Assembly: GCA_965208945.1 (NCBI GenBank)
Contig: OZ242366.1
Span: 2,899,827 to 2,963,826, forward strand
Reading direction: 5' to 3'
Length of the DNA stretch: 64,000 nt
Source of the DNA: Bryobacterales bacterium
GTDB taxonomy: Bacteria; Acidobacteriota; Terriglobia; Bryobacterales; UBA6623
Shown here piece after piece: positions 7,618 through 18,327 of the stretch; the first letter of the stretch is position 1; every line of letters begins with the position of its first letter. The translations under genes were made by a program, and so were the position numbers. The notes under the pieces are model-generated. The model ran no database searches, was not told the origin of the DNA, and saw only the letters and a list, made by a program, of their open reading frames with translations.

Positions 7618-9921
7618 GTGCGGATCGTGCTCCGTTTTCAACTTGAACCTGCGTGCCAAAATGGGCTTTCCGTGAACCATCCATCCAATACGCCGGTATC
7701 GAAGGACCTTGTCCTGGTCGGTGGCGGCCACAGCCATGTCACGGTCATCAAGCGCTTCGGCATGAAGCCGATTCCTGGAGTGCGGCTTACGCTGGTCTGC
7801 CGGGACGTTCACACGCCGTATTCCGGCATGCTGCCGGGGTTCATCGCCGGACACTACGACTACGACGATGCCCACATCGATCTCGTGCCGCTCGCGCGTT
7901 TCGCGGGAGCCCGCTTCATCCACGATGAAGTCACCGGCATCGACCTCGACAGGCGGGTGCTTCGATTTCGCAGCCGGCCGGATCTCGCCTATGACGTGCT
8001 CTCGATCAATACGGGCTCCACGCCGAGCCTCGACGTTCCGGGAGCGGCCGAACATGTCGTGCCCGTCAAGCCGATCAACAACTTCCTGTCCCGCTGGACG
8101 GGGCTCGTCGAACGCGTGCTTGCCCTTCACAGAACGCCGCGGATCGGCGTCGTGGGCGCCGGCGCGGGCGGCGTTGAGCTGACGCTCGCCGCGCAGTTCA
8201 GCCTGCGCAAGCGTCTTCGCTTGATGGGGTCGGATGTCGAGCCGGAGTTTCACCTGTTCGGCGGCGACCCGGCCGTCTTGCCGACGCACAACGTCCGGGT
8301 CCGACGCAAGTTCGAGCGCATTCTCGCCGAACGCGGGGTGAGCGTGCATACGTCGAGCGAAGTCAGCGAGGTGACGGAATCGGGGTTGCGCCTGCGGGGC
8401 GGCGAGCGGCACGAGTTGGACGAGGTCCTCTGGGTCACCAGCGCGTCGGCCCCCTCGTGGCCGCATGCGTGCGGCCTGGACGCCGATGAAAAAGGCTTCA
8501 TTCACGTGCGGCCCACGCTGCAAACGATCTCCCGCCCGGAAGTCTTCGCGGCGGGCGACGTGGCGGCCGTTGTGGACCATCCTCGCGAGAAGGCGGGCGT
8601 GTTCGCGGTGAGGCAGGGTCCGCCGCTCGAAGCCAACTTGCGCCGCGTCCTGCTCGGCCGGCAACCACGGCCGTTCCGGCCGCAAAGCAGGTTCTTGAGT
8701 CTTGTCAGCACCGGCGATCAATACGCCGTGGCTTCGCGTTCTTTCTGGGCGCTCGAAGGAAACTGGGTGTGGCGCTGGAAGGATTGGATCGACCGGCGAT
8801 TCATGGATAAGTACAACAAGCTGCCTGACATGGAGGGCGAGCCTGCCGGACCAACGCCGGCGGCTTCCGCAACGGCCTCCGAATCTCCGGCAATGCGATG
8901 TGCCGGCTGCGGTTCCAAGGTCGGCTCGGCGGTGTTGGAGAGAGCGCTGTCGCGCATCCGGCCGGTCGAGCGGTCCGACGTCATCACGGGGCTGGACCAG
9001 CCCGATGACGCGGCGGTCGTTCGCATTCCCAGTGGCAAGGTCGTCGTCCAGTCGGTCGACTTCTTCCGCGCTCTGGTTGACGACCCTTACCTTTTTGGCA
9101 AGATCGCGGCCAATCACTGCCTGAGCGACATTTTCGCCATGGGCGCCGAAGCGCAGACAGCCCTGGCCATCGCGGCGTTGCCTCTGGCGTCCGACGACAA
9201 GACGGAGGAGATGCTCGTTCAGTTGCTGCTGGGAGCGCAGGAAATCTTCTCGGACGCCGGCGCCGCGCTCGTCGGAGGCCACACCAGCGAGGGAGAGGAG
9301 CTTGCTCTCGGTTTCACCGTCACGGGCTTGGCGGACCAGGACGGCATCCTCCGCAAGCAGGGGCTGCAAACCGGCGACAGGCTCATCCTGACCAAACCAC
9401 TGGGTACGGGCGTTCTCTTCGCCGCCGAGATGCGCGGCAAGGCCAAGGGCCGTTGGATCGCCGCCGCGCTGGACTCCATGACCCAGCCCAACCGTCGCGC
9501 CGCGGAGATCCTGAAAGAGCACGGCGCGTCGGCCTGCACCGACGTCACCGGGTTCGGGCTCATCGGCCATCTGGGGGAAATGACCGGCGCCTCGGGAGTG
9601 GAGGTCGAGTTGTCGCTGTCGGCGGTCCCCCTCCTCGATGGCGCCTGCGAATCTGCGAAGGCGGGAATCCTCAGCTCGCTTCACCCTCAGAACTTGCGCT
9701 CCGAACAGGGTATCCGTGAACCGGCGAAGCAGCGCGGCCGAACGGAATACCCCGTGCTCTTCGATCCGCAGACATCCGGCGGACTGCTGGCGGGGATTCC
9801 GCCCCACAGCGCGGATGACTGCCTTGCGGGGCTGAAGCAGGCGGGCTGTTCCCGCGCGTCGATCGTCGGCGAGGTGCGTGGCGGCTCCGTTCACCCCGCC
9901 AACATCCTGCTTTCGGCTTGA
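7618..9921 (+). CDS. selD: Fusion protein: Ndh-like FAD/NAD(P)-binding oxidoreductase + selenide, water dikinase
   Basis: N-terminal half has a LVLVGGGHSH Rossmann motif and a second GVVGAGAGGVE motif. C-terminal half has RCAGCGSKVG (Cys-type SelD active site), DDAAVV and PYLFGKIAANHCLSDIFAMG. The exact start is uncertain (7618 or the GTG near 7672). Confidence 0.85.
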   Translation: MRIVLRFQLEPACQNGLSVNHPSNTPVSKDLVLVGGGHSHVTVIKRFGMKPIPGVRLTLVCRDVHTPYSGMLPGFIAGHYDYDDAHIDLVPLARFAGARFIHDEVTGIDLDRRVLRFRSRPDLAYDVLSINTGSTPSLDVPGAAEHVVPVKPINNFLSRWTGLVERVLALHRTPRIGVVGAGAGGVELTLAAQFSLRKRLRLMGSDVEPEFHLFGGDPAVLPTHNVRVRRKFERILAERGVSVHTSSEVSEVTESGLRLRGGERHELDEVLWVTSASAPSWPHACGLDADEKGFIHVRPTLQTISRPEVFAAGDVAAVVDHPREKAGVFAVRQGPPLEANLRRVLLGRQPRPFRPQSRFLSLVSTGDQYAVASRSFWALEGNWVWRWKDWIDRRFMDKYNKLPDMEGEPAGPTPAASATASESPAMRCAGCGSKVGSAVLERALSRIRPVERSDVITGLDQPDDAAVVRIPSGKVVVQSVDFFRALVDDPYLFGKIAANHCLSDIFAMGAEAQTALAIAALPLASDDKTEEMLVQLLLGAQEIFSDAGAALVGGHTSEGEELALGFTVTGLADQDGILRKQGLQTGDRLILTKPLGTGVLFAAEMRGKAKGRWIAAALDSMTQPNRRAAEILKEHGASACTDVTGFGLIGHLGEMTGASGVEVELSLSAVPLLDGACESAKAGILSSLHPQNLRSEQGIREPAKQRGRTEYPVLFDPQTSGGLLAGIPPHSADDCLAGLKQAGCSRASIVGEVRGGSVHPANILLSA

Positions 9922-10122
9922 CCTGCCTTTTTCGCCACGCGGCGAGGCGAAGCGCGTGAGAGGGCCGTCAGGACTAGGCGCAAGCCGGGCGGAGGAAAAA
10001 GGCGCGCGCCGCTTGGCGCGCGCAGGCGTACTTGAACAGTACATTGAGCACGGCAAGCAAGCGCAACGAAGTCATGGCGGTCATACCGCGTGCTTCGCCG
10101 TCGGGTGGTGAGACATGCAGGC
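9921..10122 (+). repeat. PAL element copy A2 (long form)
   Basis: Degenerate left terminus ACCTGCCTTTTTCGCCAC, starting on the last base of the selD TGA. Exact apex GTACTTGAACAGTAC. Right flank TA. Confidence 0.8.
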
Positions 10123-10220
10123 TAGGCCCCCGCCAATGGTTTTCACGAATCACGAGACACGAAACACGAATCACGGCCTTTTTCGTGTGCTTCGACCGTC
10201 GGGTGGTGAGAAAGGCAGGT
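10123..10220 (+). repeat. Tail module: GCCCCC..ATGG + heptad tract + solo PAL right arm
   Basis: TTTTCACGAATCACGAGACACGAAACACGAATCACGGCCTTTTT followed by CGTGTGCTTCGACCGTCGGGTGGTGAGAAAGGCAGGT and TA. The same layout occurs at 20623-20722, 51036-51134 and 52286-52362. Confidence 0.75.
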
Positions 10221-10306
10221 TAATACTCCGGGCGCAAAGACGGATGCTGGCTGACGCGCTGGCGGCCGCGCTGCACTACACTCGTTATCAGAGTGAGGGA
10301 GATCCC

Positions 10307-11203
10307 ATGCAAGACATCCGTATCGCCGCCGTGAGCATGAATGGCCGTCTCGGCGACCCCGAGGCCGTTCTCGACGAAATCGCCGAATGGACTGCCAGGG
10401 CCGTGCGGGAGGGCGCCGAGTTGGTCCTCTTCCCGGAACTGGTCGTCCACGGACATTGCACGCCCGACACCTATGCGCTCGCCGAAGCCGTGCCAGGCGG
10501 CCCGAGCACGCAGCGGCTCTGCCGCATCTCGAAAGAGAACCAGGTCTTTGTCTGCGCCGGTCTGAGCGAGAAGGAGGATGACCTCGTATTCAACACCCAA
10601 ATCGTCGCCGGGCCGGACGGCTACGTCGGCAAGCAGCGCAAGATCCATCTGTCTCGCGATGAAGTTCTTTTCTACAAGGGCGGACGCGAGATGCCGGTGT
10701 TCGATATCGGCAAGTGCAGGATCGGCATTCAGATCTGCTACGACAAGCTGTTCCCGGAAATTTCGCGGGTGCTTTGCTTGCAAGGCGCCGAGGTCCTTCT
10801 CATGCCCCACGCCGCCCGCCGCATGATGTGGGACGAAACGCCGGAATCGCAGAAGGCGGCTCGCTCGGATATCTCGGATTATCACGCCAAGATCGTTCCC
10901 ACCCGCGCCATGGAGAACTCCTGCTTCGCGGTCTTGACGGATCAGGCGGGCCGCGCCGGCTATGTCGACGCCTACCCCGACGACCACCCCAACCAACCCC
11001 ACCATCCGGGCGGCGCGATGATTTCCGACCCCGCCGGCGAGATCATCGCGAAGACGCAGGACGAGCGGATCGAGCCGGAGATGATCGTGGCCACGCTGCA
11101 GGCCGCCGTCATCAACGAGGAGCGGGCTCAGCCGAACTTCACGCTCAAGACGCGGCGTCATGAGTTGTTCAGCGCGCTGGCCGCGGACCTGCTGAAGTGC
11201 TGA
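10307..11203 (+). CDS. Carbon-nitrogen hydrolase (nitrilase superfamily)
   Basis: ATG 10307 is preceded by GAGGGAG. Glu-Lys-Cys triad context: LVLFPELVVHG, GKQRKIHL, CRIGIQICYDKLFPE. Confidence 0.8.
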   Translation: MQDIRIAAVSMNGRLGDPEAVLDEIAEWTARAVREGAELVLFPELVVHGHCTPDTYALAEAVPGGPSTQRLCRISKENQVFVCAGLSEKEDDLVFNTQIVAGPDGYVGKQRKIHLSRDEVLFYKGGREMPVFDIGKCRIGIQICYDKLFPEISRVLCLQGAEVLLMPHAARRMMWDETPESQKAARSDISDYHAKIVPTRAMENSCFAVLTDQAGRAGYVDAYPDDHPNQPHHPGGAMISDPAGEIIAKTQDERIEPEMIVATLQAAVINEERAQPNFTLKTRRHELFSALAADLLKC

Positions 11204-11231
11204 GCTGCGAGCAGGTCTGAGTCCGCCGGGC

Positions 11232-11481
11232 TAACCTGTATTTCTCATCACGTGGCGAGGCGAAGTGTCTGCCTGCTGCAGGCAGGCGTGAGAGGGCCGT
11301 CAGGATGAGGCGCGAGCCGTCCGCGTCAGCAACACGGCCTGCAAGGTTTTTCACGAGACACGAATCGAAACGCGAGACACGGTTTTTCCACGTCCCTCTG
11401 GCGACTCCAAGGAGAGCAACCCCAAGCGCGACTAACGGTTTTTCACGAAACACGAGACACGAGACACGAATCACGGCTTTT
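11232..11481 (+). repeat. Solo PAL left arm fused to heptad tracts
   Basis: TAACCTGTATTTCTCATCACGTGGCGAGGCGAAGTG...CAACACGGCCT followed by TTTTTCACGAGACACGAATCGAAACGCGAGACACGG and TTTTTCACGAAACACGAGACACGAGACACGAATCACGGCTTTT. Confidence 0.75.
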
Positions 11482-11547
11482 ACCCCTCAAGAGCCTCTAA
11501 ACTCTGCTAAAATAAGGGTTTGTCATCTCACCTGAGGACCTTGCTCA

Positions 11548-14121
11548 TTGGCTGAACAACCTCCCTCCGATCCTTCTCAACTACCTTTGGGCGGCGGCGG
11601 CTCGCCAAGAAACCTGATTCCCATCGACATCGAAGTCGAGATGAAGAAGTCGTATCTCGACTACGCGATGAGCGTGATTATCGGACGCGCGTTGCCCGAC
11701 GTGCGAGACGGCCTGAAGCCCGTTCAGCGGCGCATCCTGTACGGCATGCTCGAGGCCGGGCTGCGCTCGAATCGCGGCTACCGCAAGTCGGCCAAGATCG
11801 TCGGCGAAGTGATGGGCAACTACCACCCGCATGGCGACTCCTCGATCTACGACACGCTCGTCCGCATGGCGCAGCCGTTCTCGATGCGCTATCCGTTGGT
11901 GGACGGACAGGGCAATTTCGGATCGGTCGACAACGACCCTCCTGCGGCCATGCGCTACACCGAGGCGCGTCTCACCGCCTTCTCGGAAGAACTGCTCAAC
12001 GAGCTCGACCAGGACACGGTGGGCTTCCGCCCGAACTACGACGACACGTCGGATGAACCGGAATGCCTGCCGGCGGGCGCTCCGAATCTGCTGGTCAACG
12101 GCACCAGCGGCATCGCGGTCGGCATGGCGACCAACGTCCCGCCGCACAACCTGACTGAGCTGATCGACGCCGCCGTCTACCTCGTCAGGAAGCCGAAGGC
12201 GACACTCGAAGAGCTTACGGAGATCGTTCAAGGCCCCGACTTCCCGACCGGCGGCCTCATCTGCGGTAACGAAGGCATCCTCGCTGCCTACCGCACGGGC
12301 CGCGGCCACATGACGATCCGCGCCCGCGCGAAGTTCGAGGACACCGTCAAAGACCGCAAGGCCATCGTCGTCACCGAGATCCCGTATCAGGTCAACAAGG
12401 CGCGCCTCATCGAGCACGCCGCCAACCTCGTCAACGACAAGAAGATCGAAGGCATCTCCGACATTCGTGACGAGAGCGACCGCGACGGCATGCGCATCGT
12501 TTTTGACCTGAAGCGCGGTGAACAACCCGAGATCGTCCTCAACAACCTCTACAAGCACACCCAGCTTCAGACGGGCTACGGCATCATCATGCTGGCGATC
12601 GTCGGTGGCCAGCCTCGCGAGCTGGGCCTGCTTCAATACCTCAATCACTTTGTCGACCACCGCATCGACGTCGTTTTGCGCCGCACGAATCACCTGCTGC
12701 GCATCGCCCGCAAGCGCGAGCACATCCTGGAAGGCTTTCAGAAAGCCCTGGATCGCCTTGACGAGGTCATCGCTCTGATTCGCGCGTCCGACAGCCCGGC
12801 CGCGGCCCGAGACGGCTTGATGGGCCTCCAGGAGATCGACTACCGCGAATTTCTCCGCGAGGGCGGCCTGGCCACGTTCGCGCCCTTCGACTTTACGCGG
12901 CCTCAGGCGCAGGCCATCATCGAGATGCAGCTCCAGCGCCTGACCGGCATGGAGCGCCGCAAGATCCTCGACGAATTGGCCGAGATCCGGAGCAAGATTG
13001 CCGGCTACCTCGAGATTCTCGAATCCGACAAGGTCCTCCGCAAGCTGATCGTCAGCGAGCTTGAAGCCGTCAGGAAGAAGTTCGGCGACGAGCGCCGCAC
13101 CGAAATCACCGGCCCCGTCAGCCTGATCTCGATCGAAGACCTGATCGCCGACGAGAACATGGTCGTCACCGTCACCCACAACGGCTTCCTCAAGCGCACC
13201 CCCGAGGACACCTACCGCAAGCAGTCGCGCGGAGGCCGCGGCCGCATTGGCATGGGCACGCGCGCCGACGACTTCGTCGAGCAGCTCTTCATCGGCTCGA
13301 CCCATTCCTACGTCCTCGTCTTCACGAGCCTCGGGCGTGTCTACTGGGTCAAGGTCTACAACATCCCCGACGTCGGCACGACCGGGAAGGGCAAGCACAT
13401 CGCCAACCTCGCGAACCTGCAGCCGGACGAAAAGGTGCAGGCTTTCATGCCCGTCAGGGAGTTCGAGGAAGGCCGCTACGTCGTGATGGCGACGCGCAAG
13501 GGCGTCGTCAAGCGCTGTGAGCTGACGGTCTTCAAGAACACTCGTTCAAACGGCATCATCGCGCTCTCGCTCGACGAAGGCGACGAGCTCGTCTCCGCAA
13601 GGCTGGCGAACGGCGAGCCCGAAGTCTTCATCGCCACCTGGCAGGGCAAGGCGATTCGCTTCAATATGGCTGACGTTCGCCCCATGGGGCGGCCGGCGCG
13701 CGGCGTGCGCGGCATCCGTCTGTCTGATGACGATTACGTCGTGGGGATGCGTTGCGTCTCGCCGGAGCATCTGATGCTGTCGATCACCGAGGAAGGCTAC
13801 GGCAAGCGGACGAAGCTCGATCGCTACCGTCTGACGGCGCGTGGCGGCCAGGGCGTGATCAACATCAAGACCACCAGGCGCAACGGCAGGGTGGTCGCGG
13901 CCATGAAGGTGACGCGGGAAGACGAAGTGATGATCATCACCCAGAACGGTAAGATCATCCGCATCGGCTCGGAAAAGATCCGGGCGACCGGCCGCGCCGC
14001 GCAGGGCGTCCGGCTTGTCAAGCTCGAACCCGGCGATCAGGTCGCCGCCGCCGCGATCGTCCGTGACAACGGCGGAGAAGATAAGAACGGCTCCAACGGC
14101 CAGCGCAAGCTGCTGCAGTAG
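11548..14121 (+). CDS. gyrA: DNA gyrase subunit A
   Basis: 857 aa. [30 protein letters not shown], active-site [10 protein letters not shown], and C-terminal beta-pinwheel repeats. TTG start as in the ORF track. Confidence 0.95.
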   Translation: MAEQPPSDPSQLPLGGGGSPRNLIPIDIEVEMKKSYLDYAMSVIIGRALPDVRDGLKPVQRRILYGMLEAGLRSNRGYRKSAKIVGEVMGNYHPHGDSSIYDTLVRMAQPFSMRYPLVDGQGNFGSVDNDPPAAMRYTEARLTAFSEELLNELDQDTVGFRPNYDDTSDEPECLPAGAPNLLVNGTSGIAVGMATNVPPHNLTELIDAAVYLVRKPKATLEELTEIVQGPDFPTGGLICGNEGILAAYRTGRGHMTIRARAKFEDTVKDRKAIVVTEIPYQVNKARLIEHAANLVNDKKIEGISDIRDESDRDGMRIVFDLKRGEQPEIVLNNLYKHTQLQTGYGIIMLAIVGGQPRELGLLQYLNHFVDHRIDVVLRRTNHLLRIARKREHILEGFQKALDRLDEVIALIRASDSPAAARDGLMGLQEIDYREFLREGGLATFAPFDFTRPQAQAIIEMQLQRLTGMERRKILDELAEIRSKIAGYLEILESDKVLRKLIVSELEAVRKKFGDERRTEITGPVSLISIEDLIADENMVVTVTHNGFLKRTPEDTYRKQSRGGRGRIGMGTRADDFVEQLFIGSTHSYVLVFTSLGRVYWVKVYNIPDVGTTGKGKHIANLANLQPDEKVQAFMPVREFEEGRYVVMATRKGVVKRCELTVFKNTRSNGIIALSLDEGDELVSARLANGEPEVFIATWQGKAIRFNMADVRPMGRPARGVRGIRLSDDDYVVGMRCVSPEHLMLSITEEGYGKRTKLDRYRLTARGGQGVINIKTTRRNGRVVAAMKVTREDEVMIITQNGKIIRIGSEKIRATGRAAQGVRLVKLEPGDQVAAAAIVRDNGGEDKNGSNGQRKLLQ

Positions 14122-14206
14122 AAAAGCCGCCGTTGTGGATACTGTTCCGGCATGACGCCGAACTCCGTTTCAGGCAGCCTCCGCACAAGCTGGCCCGGCA
14201 GCGGCA

Positions 14207-14319
14207 AGCCTGCATTTCTCACCACGCGGCGAGACGAAGTGTGTGAGAGGACCGTCAGGACAAGGCGCGAGCCGCTGAGCGCCGGCAACACGGCCTTGAA
14301 GATTTTCCACGAACCACGG
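14207..14319 (+). repeat. Solo PAL left arm + short heptad stub
   Basis: AGCCTGCATTTCTCACCACGCGGCGAGACGAAGTGTGTGAGAGG...CAACACGGCCTTGAAGATTTTCCACGAACCACGG. Confidence 0.75.
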
Positions 14320-14391
14320 TTATAAAGCGGCCGGGCCGCCGCCTCGTGAGAGGCAAGCGGCCCGGGTTGAAGGTTGAACGGGTCTGGTCGT

Positions 14392-17300
14392 CTACCAGAT
14401 GAAACGTCCGCTGAACTGGAGCTCGCGGCCGAAGTGCGTACGCAGCTTGCTGCTCACTTGGCCGAAGGTGCCGGCGTTGACGTTCGTCGAGGGATTGTTG
14501 GGCATGAAGCTGTTCGTGAGGTTGTAGGCTTCCATTCGAAACTCGAACTTCAGTTTCTCGGTGATTTCCGTAACCTTCGACAGGATGAAGTCCAGGTTCT
14601 GGAATCGCGGCCCGTGGACGCCGTCGACGAATCTCGGGTTCCCCCGCCGCGTGAACGCCGGCAGGCGCTCCCAGGTGCAGCCCGAGGTGCAGCCCCGCCC
14701 CAGCACGTCATTCCTGAAGTAGATGCGCCGGAACCCGTCTCCGCCAGGCCCTCGCTGCGGGCTGCCGATCGCCGGATCGGCGTGCATGATCGCGCCGCCG
14801 AAATCCAGGAACTGTCCGCCCTGGTAGACGAAGATCCCGCTGACTTGCCAGCCCCCGAGGACCTTTTGCGCGGCGCCGCTGAGGTTGTTGCCGATCGGCT
14901 TTCCGTTCCCGAACGGCAGCTCGTAGATCCCCGCCAGCGTGAGCTTGTTGCGGCCGTTGCGATCACGGAGATACGTGAAGTTGCGGTCAATCTCATCCAC
15001 CGAGTCGTAGAAGGTCTGCAGCCGCGAACGGTTGTAGTTGTAGCCCAGCAGGAAGTTGAAGCCGTTGGCGAACGGCCGCTGCACCTGCAACTGGAAGGCG
15101 TTGTAACGCTCGCTGCGGGCGTTGACGCCCCGAATCTGGATCCCGTTGTTGAGGTAATGCGGATAGGGAACCAGAAGCTGCGAAACCCTCACCGTGCGCT
15201 GGTTTCGCAGCGGACCGGGCATGATGTCCTCGGGAAGTCCGAAGAACGGGTTGTCCACGCTGTCGTTGATCCGGCTGCCGTGCTGGAATCCGATCCGTGG
15301 ATCGAGCAGGTTCGGCCGCCAGTTGAAGGGCTGGTTATGACCGAAGTTGGAGAAGAACGTGGCGTCGACCACGATGCGGGCCATGATCTCCTGCTGGTAG
15401 GTGAAGTTGAAGCGGTCGTTGACGCCCGCGGTCCAGTCCTGGTTGAACCCGATCGCTTCGTTCGAGCCAACCGTTGCGAACCGGCCGAACTTCTGGCCGT
15501 TCGGTTCCGGCAGTGGGTTGGGGTGCTCGCCCCCGCTCGGGAATGGGTTCGAGAATACCGCCCTGGGCGTCCCGTTGATCGAGCTCAGGGGCTGCCCTTG
15601 GATCTCGAAGCCGGGATACGGCGTGCTGCCCAGGATGCCCAGCGCGCTGCGCTCCTGGACCGGCGGGGTCGCGTAGCGGGCGTAGCCGATCCGCAGCGCG
15701 CTGCGGTCGTTCAACCGGATCGCGATGCCGGCGCGCGGCAGGAACACGTTCTTTTGCCCGATCCACGTGCGGCGGTTGTTCGAGTCGGTGAAGAGCCAGG
15801 CGCCGCTGATGTCGAGCGGCCGGGTTCTCATCGCGAGAATGTCATCGGCAATCGGCCCCATCGCCGACTGGATTTCCGGCAGGGCCTGGCTGAAGTCGAT
15901 GGTTCGCGACAGGCGGTTCTCCGGATCGAGCATCGGCGTCTCGTATTCGTAGCGCAGCCCCAGGTTCAGGGTGACCTTCTGGTTCACCTTGAAGTCGTCC
16001 TGCACGTAGAAGCCGTAGACGTCGACGCGCGGCCGGTTGATGGCGACCGTGCGGGCGCGCGAATAGCCGTCATCGCTCATGACGCCCAACACCATTGACG
16101 CCCAGGCGTGACCGAGGGCGCCCGTGTTCGGGCTGTTGATTGTATCCGCCGTGGCCTCCGGCCTGAACCGGAAGCGCATGCCGCGCGGGCGCCCCGCCAG
16201 CACGAGCTGTTTCCGGAACTGCCCGCCGTACTTCAGATAGTGGCGGCCGGCCTGCTTCGAGAGCTTACCTTCCATGTTCCAGGTCGACGGCTCCTGGTAC
16301 CAGAAACCCGAGCGGCCGAAGGAAGTGTTGCCGTCGGCCCGCACGTTGATTTCAGGGAAGTGCACCGCCGGGATGTCGCGCACGTGCGAGGCATACCACT
16401 GACTGCCGGGCCACAACTCGGCCAGACCCTCTTCGCCGATCTCCGACGGTGGCGTCGAGAACGAGTCGACGATCTTCATCCATGAGGCGCGCACGTTCAC
16501 CACGGTGGTCGGATTCACGGTCCACACGACGTCGCCGGACGCCTGGACGCTGTTGCGCTCGCTGCCCTGGCGGCGCTGCGCCACCGAGCCCGAATAGTCC
16601 GGCTCGCTCTGGATGGTATGGAAGCGGCTCAAGCGCCCGAAAACCTTGACGTTGTCGCTGACGTTCCAGTCCGTGCGGTTCGTCAGGTTCCAGTACTCGA
16701 ACCGGATCGGGAACACGATCCGGAAGTTGTTCGCGCCGGAGGCGTTGTCGCCCGGGTTGTTGGGGGACCACGTCTTTCCCAGCACCGTCTGCGAGGTCGG
16801 ATCGATGCGCGACTGCGGAATCGTGTTGTTGGCGAACGGCATGCGGTTGTCGCCATTTGGATCGGTGGTCCACGGATCGTGGATGACCCGCAGGCCGCCG
16901 GAGCGGTTGAAGCTCTGCGAGAAGTCGCCCGTGCGCTCGAGCTGCCGCGGCAGCGTCTGGTTCACGGTCGAGGGCGAACGGACATCCTGCCCCTCGTATG
17001 AAATGTAGTTGAAGACCCGGTTCTTGACGATCGGATTGCCCGAGCTGACCCCCCAGACGTTTCTGCGGGCGACGCTCGGGTTACTCGTCAATGCGTTCGG
17101 GCGGGCGTTGATCGCCGGGTTGCGGCCGAAGAAGTAGCCCGTGCCGTGCCAGTCGTTCGTGCCGCTCCTCATCTGCACCGAAACGATTCCGCCGGCGCTG
17201 TGGCCGTACTCGGCGTCGGTGGCGTTCTGTTGCACGTTGACTTCGGAAACGGCGTCCATCGGGGGCGCGTAGACGCCCTTGGCGCCGACAAGCTGCGGAA

Positions 17301-17928
17301 CGCCGTCCATCAGGACGTTGTTCTTGAACCGGGTGTTGCCGCCGACATCCAACTGGCTCATGGCCCAGTGGTGGTAGGGCGCGTTCTCGGCGCCGCCGCG
17401 GTAGTTCACCGCCGGGTCGAGCGCCGCCAGCATGTAGGGATTCCGGTTCAGCAGTGGAAGTTCCTGCGACATTTTCGTGTCGATGGTCGTCTCCATCGTC
17501 GTGGTCGTGAACTGCACGGCGACGGGAGCCTCTTCCACGGTTACGGTCTCCGCGACGGCGCCCACCTGCATCGTGGCGTTCACGGTGATGTCGGCGCGCG
17601 TCTGGATAAGAATGTTCTGTTGCTCGAAGGTCCGGAAGCCTTCCAGCTCGACTCTGACGGTGTAGGTTCCGGGAATCACGAAGTCGAACAGGTATTGACC
17701 GACTTCATTGGTGGAAGTCACGGTCGAGACAGTGGTGTTGTCGTTCGTGAGACTCACGCTGGCGCCGGGAATGACGGCGCCGCTGGCGTCGGTGACGGTT
17801 CCCGTCACTTTGCCGCGAAGATCCTGTGCCTGTAGATCGGCGGTCCACATCGCCGCCATCAAAAGGCAACTGATGAAGAGAAGAAAACGGCTTGCTTTTC
17901 CCCCTCCGTGTCTAAAGCTGATGGTCAT
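14392..17928 (-). CDS. TonB-dependent receptor with an N-terminal carboxypeptidase-regulatory-like domain
   Basis: ATG 17928 (by track arithmetic) is preceded by GAAGGAG. Signal peptide, then GKVTGTVTDASGAVIPGASVSLTN...GTYTVRVELEGF, then a ~1000-aa barrel ending RELQFSGRFIW. Confidence 0.85.
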   Translation of the reverse strand: MTISFRHGGGKASRFLLFISCLLMAAMWTADLQAQDLRGKVTGTVTDASGAVIPGASVSLTNDNTTVSTVTSTNEVGQYLFDFVIPGTYTVRVELEGFRTFEQQNILIQTRADITVNATMQVGAVAETVTVEEAPVAVQFTTTTMETTIDTKMSQELPLLNRNPYMLAALDPAVNYRGGAENAPYHHWAMSQLDVGGNTRFKNNVLMDGVPQLVGAKGVYAPPMDAVSEVNVQQNATDAEYGHSAGGIVSVQMRSGTNDWHGTGYFFGRNPAINARPNALTSNPSVARRNVWGVSSGNPIVKNRVFNYISYEGQDVRSPSTVNQTLPRQLERTGDFSQSFNRSGGLRVIHDPWTTDPNGDNRMPFANNTIPQSRIDPTSQTVLGKTWSPNNPGDNASGANNFRIVFPIRFEYWNLTNRTDWNVSDNVKVFGRLSRFHTIQSEPDYSGSVAQRRQGSERNSVQASGDVVWTVNPTTVVNVRASWMKIVDSFSTPPSEIGEEGLAELWPGSQWYASHVRDIPAVHFPEINVRADGNTSFGRSGFWYQEPSTWNMEGKLSKQAGRHYLKYGGQFRKQLVLAGRPRGMRFRFRPEATADTINSPNTGALGHAWASMVLGVMSDDGYSRARTVAINRPRVDVYGFYVQDDFKVNQKVTLNLGLRYEYETPMLDPENRLSRTIDFSQALPEIQSAMGPIADDILAMRTRPLDISGAWLFTDSNNRRTWIGQKNVFLPRAGIAIRLNDRSALRIGYARYATPPVQERSALGILGSTPYPGFEIQGQPLSSINGTPRAVFSNPFPSGGEHPNPLPEPNGQKFGRFATVGSNEAIGFNQDWTAGVNDRFNFTYQQEIMARIVVDATFFSNFGHNQPFNWRPNLLDPRIGFQHGSRINDSVDNPFFGLPEDIMPGPLRNQRTVRVSQLLVPYPHYLNNGIQIRGVNARSERYNAFQLQVQRPFANGFNFLLGYNYNRSRLQTFYDSVDEIDRNFTYLRDRNGRNKLTLAGIYELPFGNGKPIGNNLSGAAQKVLGGWQVSGIFVYQGGQFLDFGGAIMHADPAIGSPQRGPGGDGFRRIYFRNDVLGRGCTSGCTWERLPAFTRRGNPRFVDGVHGPRFQNLDFILSKVTEITEKLKFEFRMEAYNLTNSFMPNNPSTNVNAGTFGQVSSKLRTHFGRELQFSGRFIW

Positions 17929-18250
17929 ATTTCTCCTTCGGTTGCGGGTTGTCCGAGTCGGCGCGGCAGCGTGAAAAGCCGTCACGCCTTCCTGGGTTGA
18001 TCCTCATGACCGATTCGAACGTCCCGGCGCTGTTTGCCAGCCGTGAGCCGCACGCACCCATGGATTCACAGGATTACACCTGCAAGCTCACAAGATGCCG
18101 TGACGATCGTCTTGGCCCGAAATGTAAGTAGTGGTAGAGTTCTCTGCCCGGTTCCCCCATACGATAGACCGGGCCATGTGTTGCCGCTCACAAAGAGCAC
18201 CGGGCGGAGGCGCACGTACAGACACAATCGTCCCCACCAAGCTCAAATCT

Positions 18251-18279
18251 ATTATGACACCGCTGTTTGGCAGGGTCAA
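18251..18279 (-). promoter_or_regulatory. Candidate sigma70-type promoter for the TonB receptor gene
   Basis: Minus strand reads TTGACC (18279-18274), a 17-nt spacer, then CATAAT (18256-18251). This would give a leader of ~320 nt. Confidence 0.25.
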
Positions 18280-18327
18280 CGCTCTTTGTGCTCGATCGTA
18301 CGAAAAATGAACCTGAACGGCTGCTTT

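Noticed and set aside
7618-9921. Selenocysteine recoding (in-frame TGA plus SECIS) in selD or neighbouring genes.
   Set aside because: SelD has Cys at the active-site position (CAGCGSK). No neighbouring ORF shows a family-conserved Cys position replaced by an in-frame TGA.
7582-10056. Very long antisense or alternative-frame ORFs: 7582-10056(-), 159-1640(+), 11581-13398(-), 14374-16098(+), 33718-34971(-), 37976-39412(-), 53161-54624(-) and others.
   Set aside because: Each lies opposite or out of frame to a gene with clear family motifs. They are Arg/Ala/Gly/Pro-rich with no motifs, which is the usual stop-codon-poor shadow ORF pattern of high-GC DNA.
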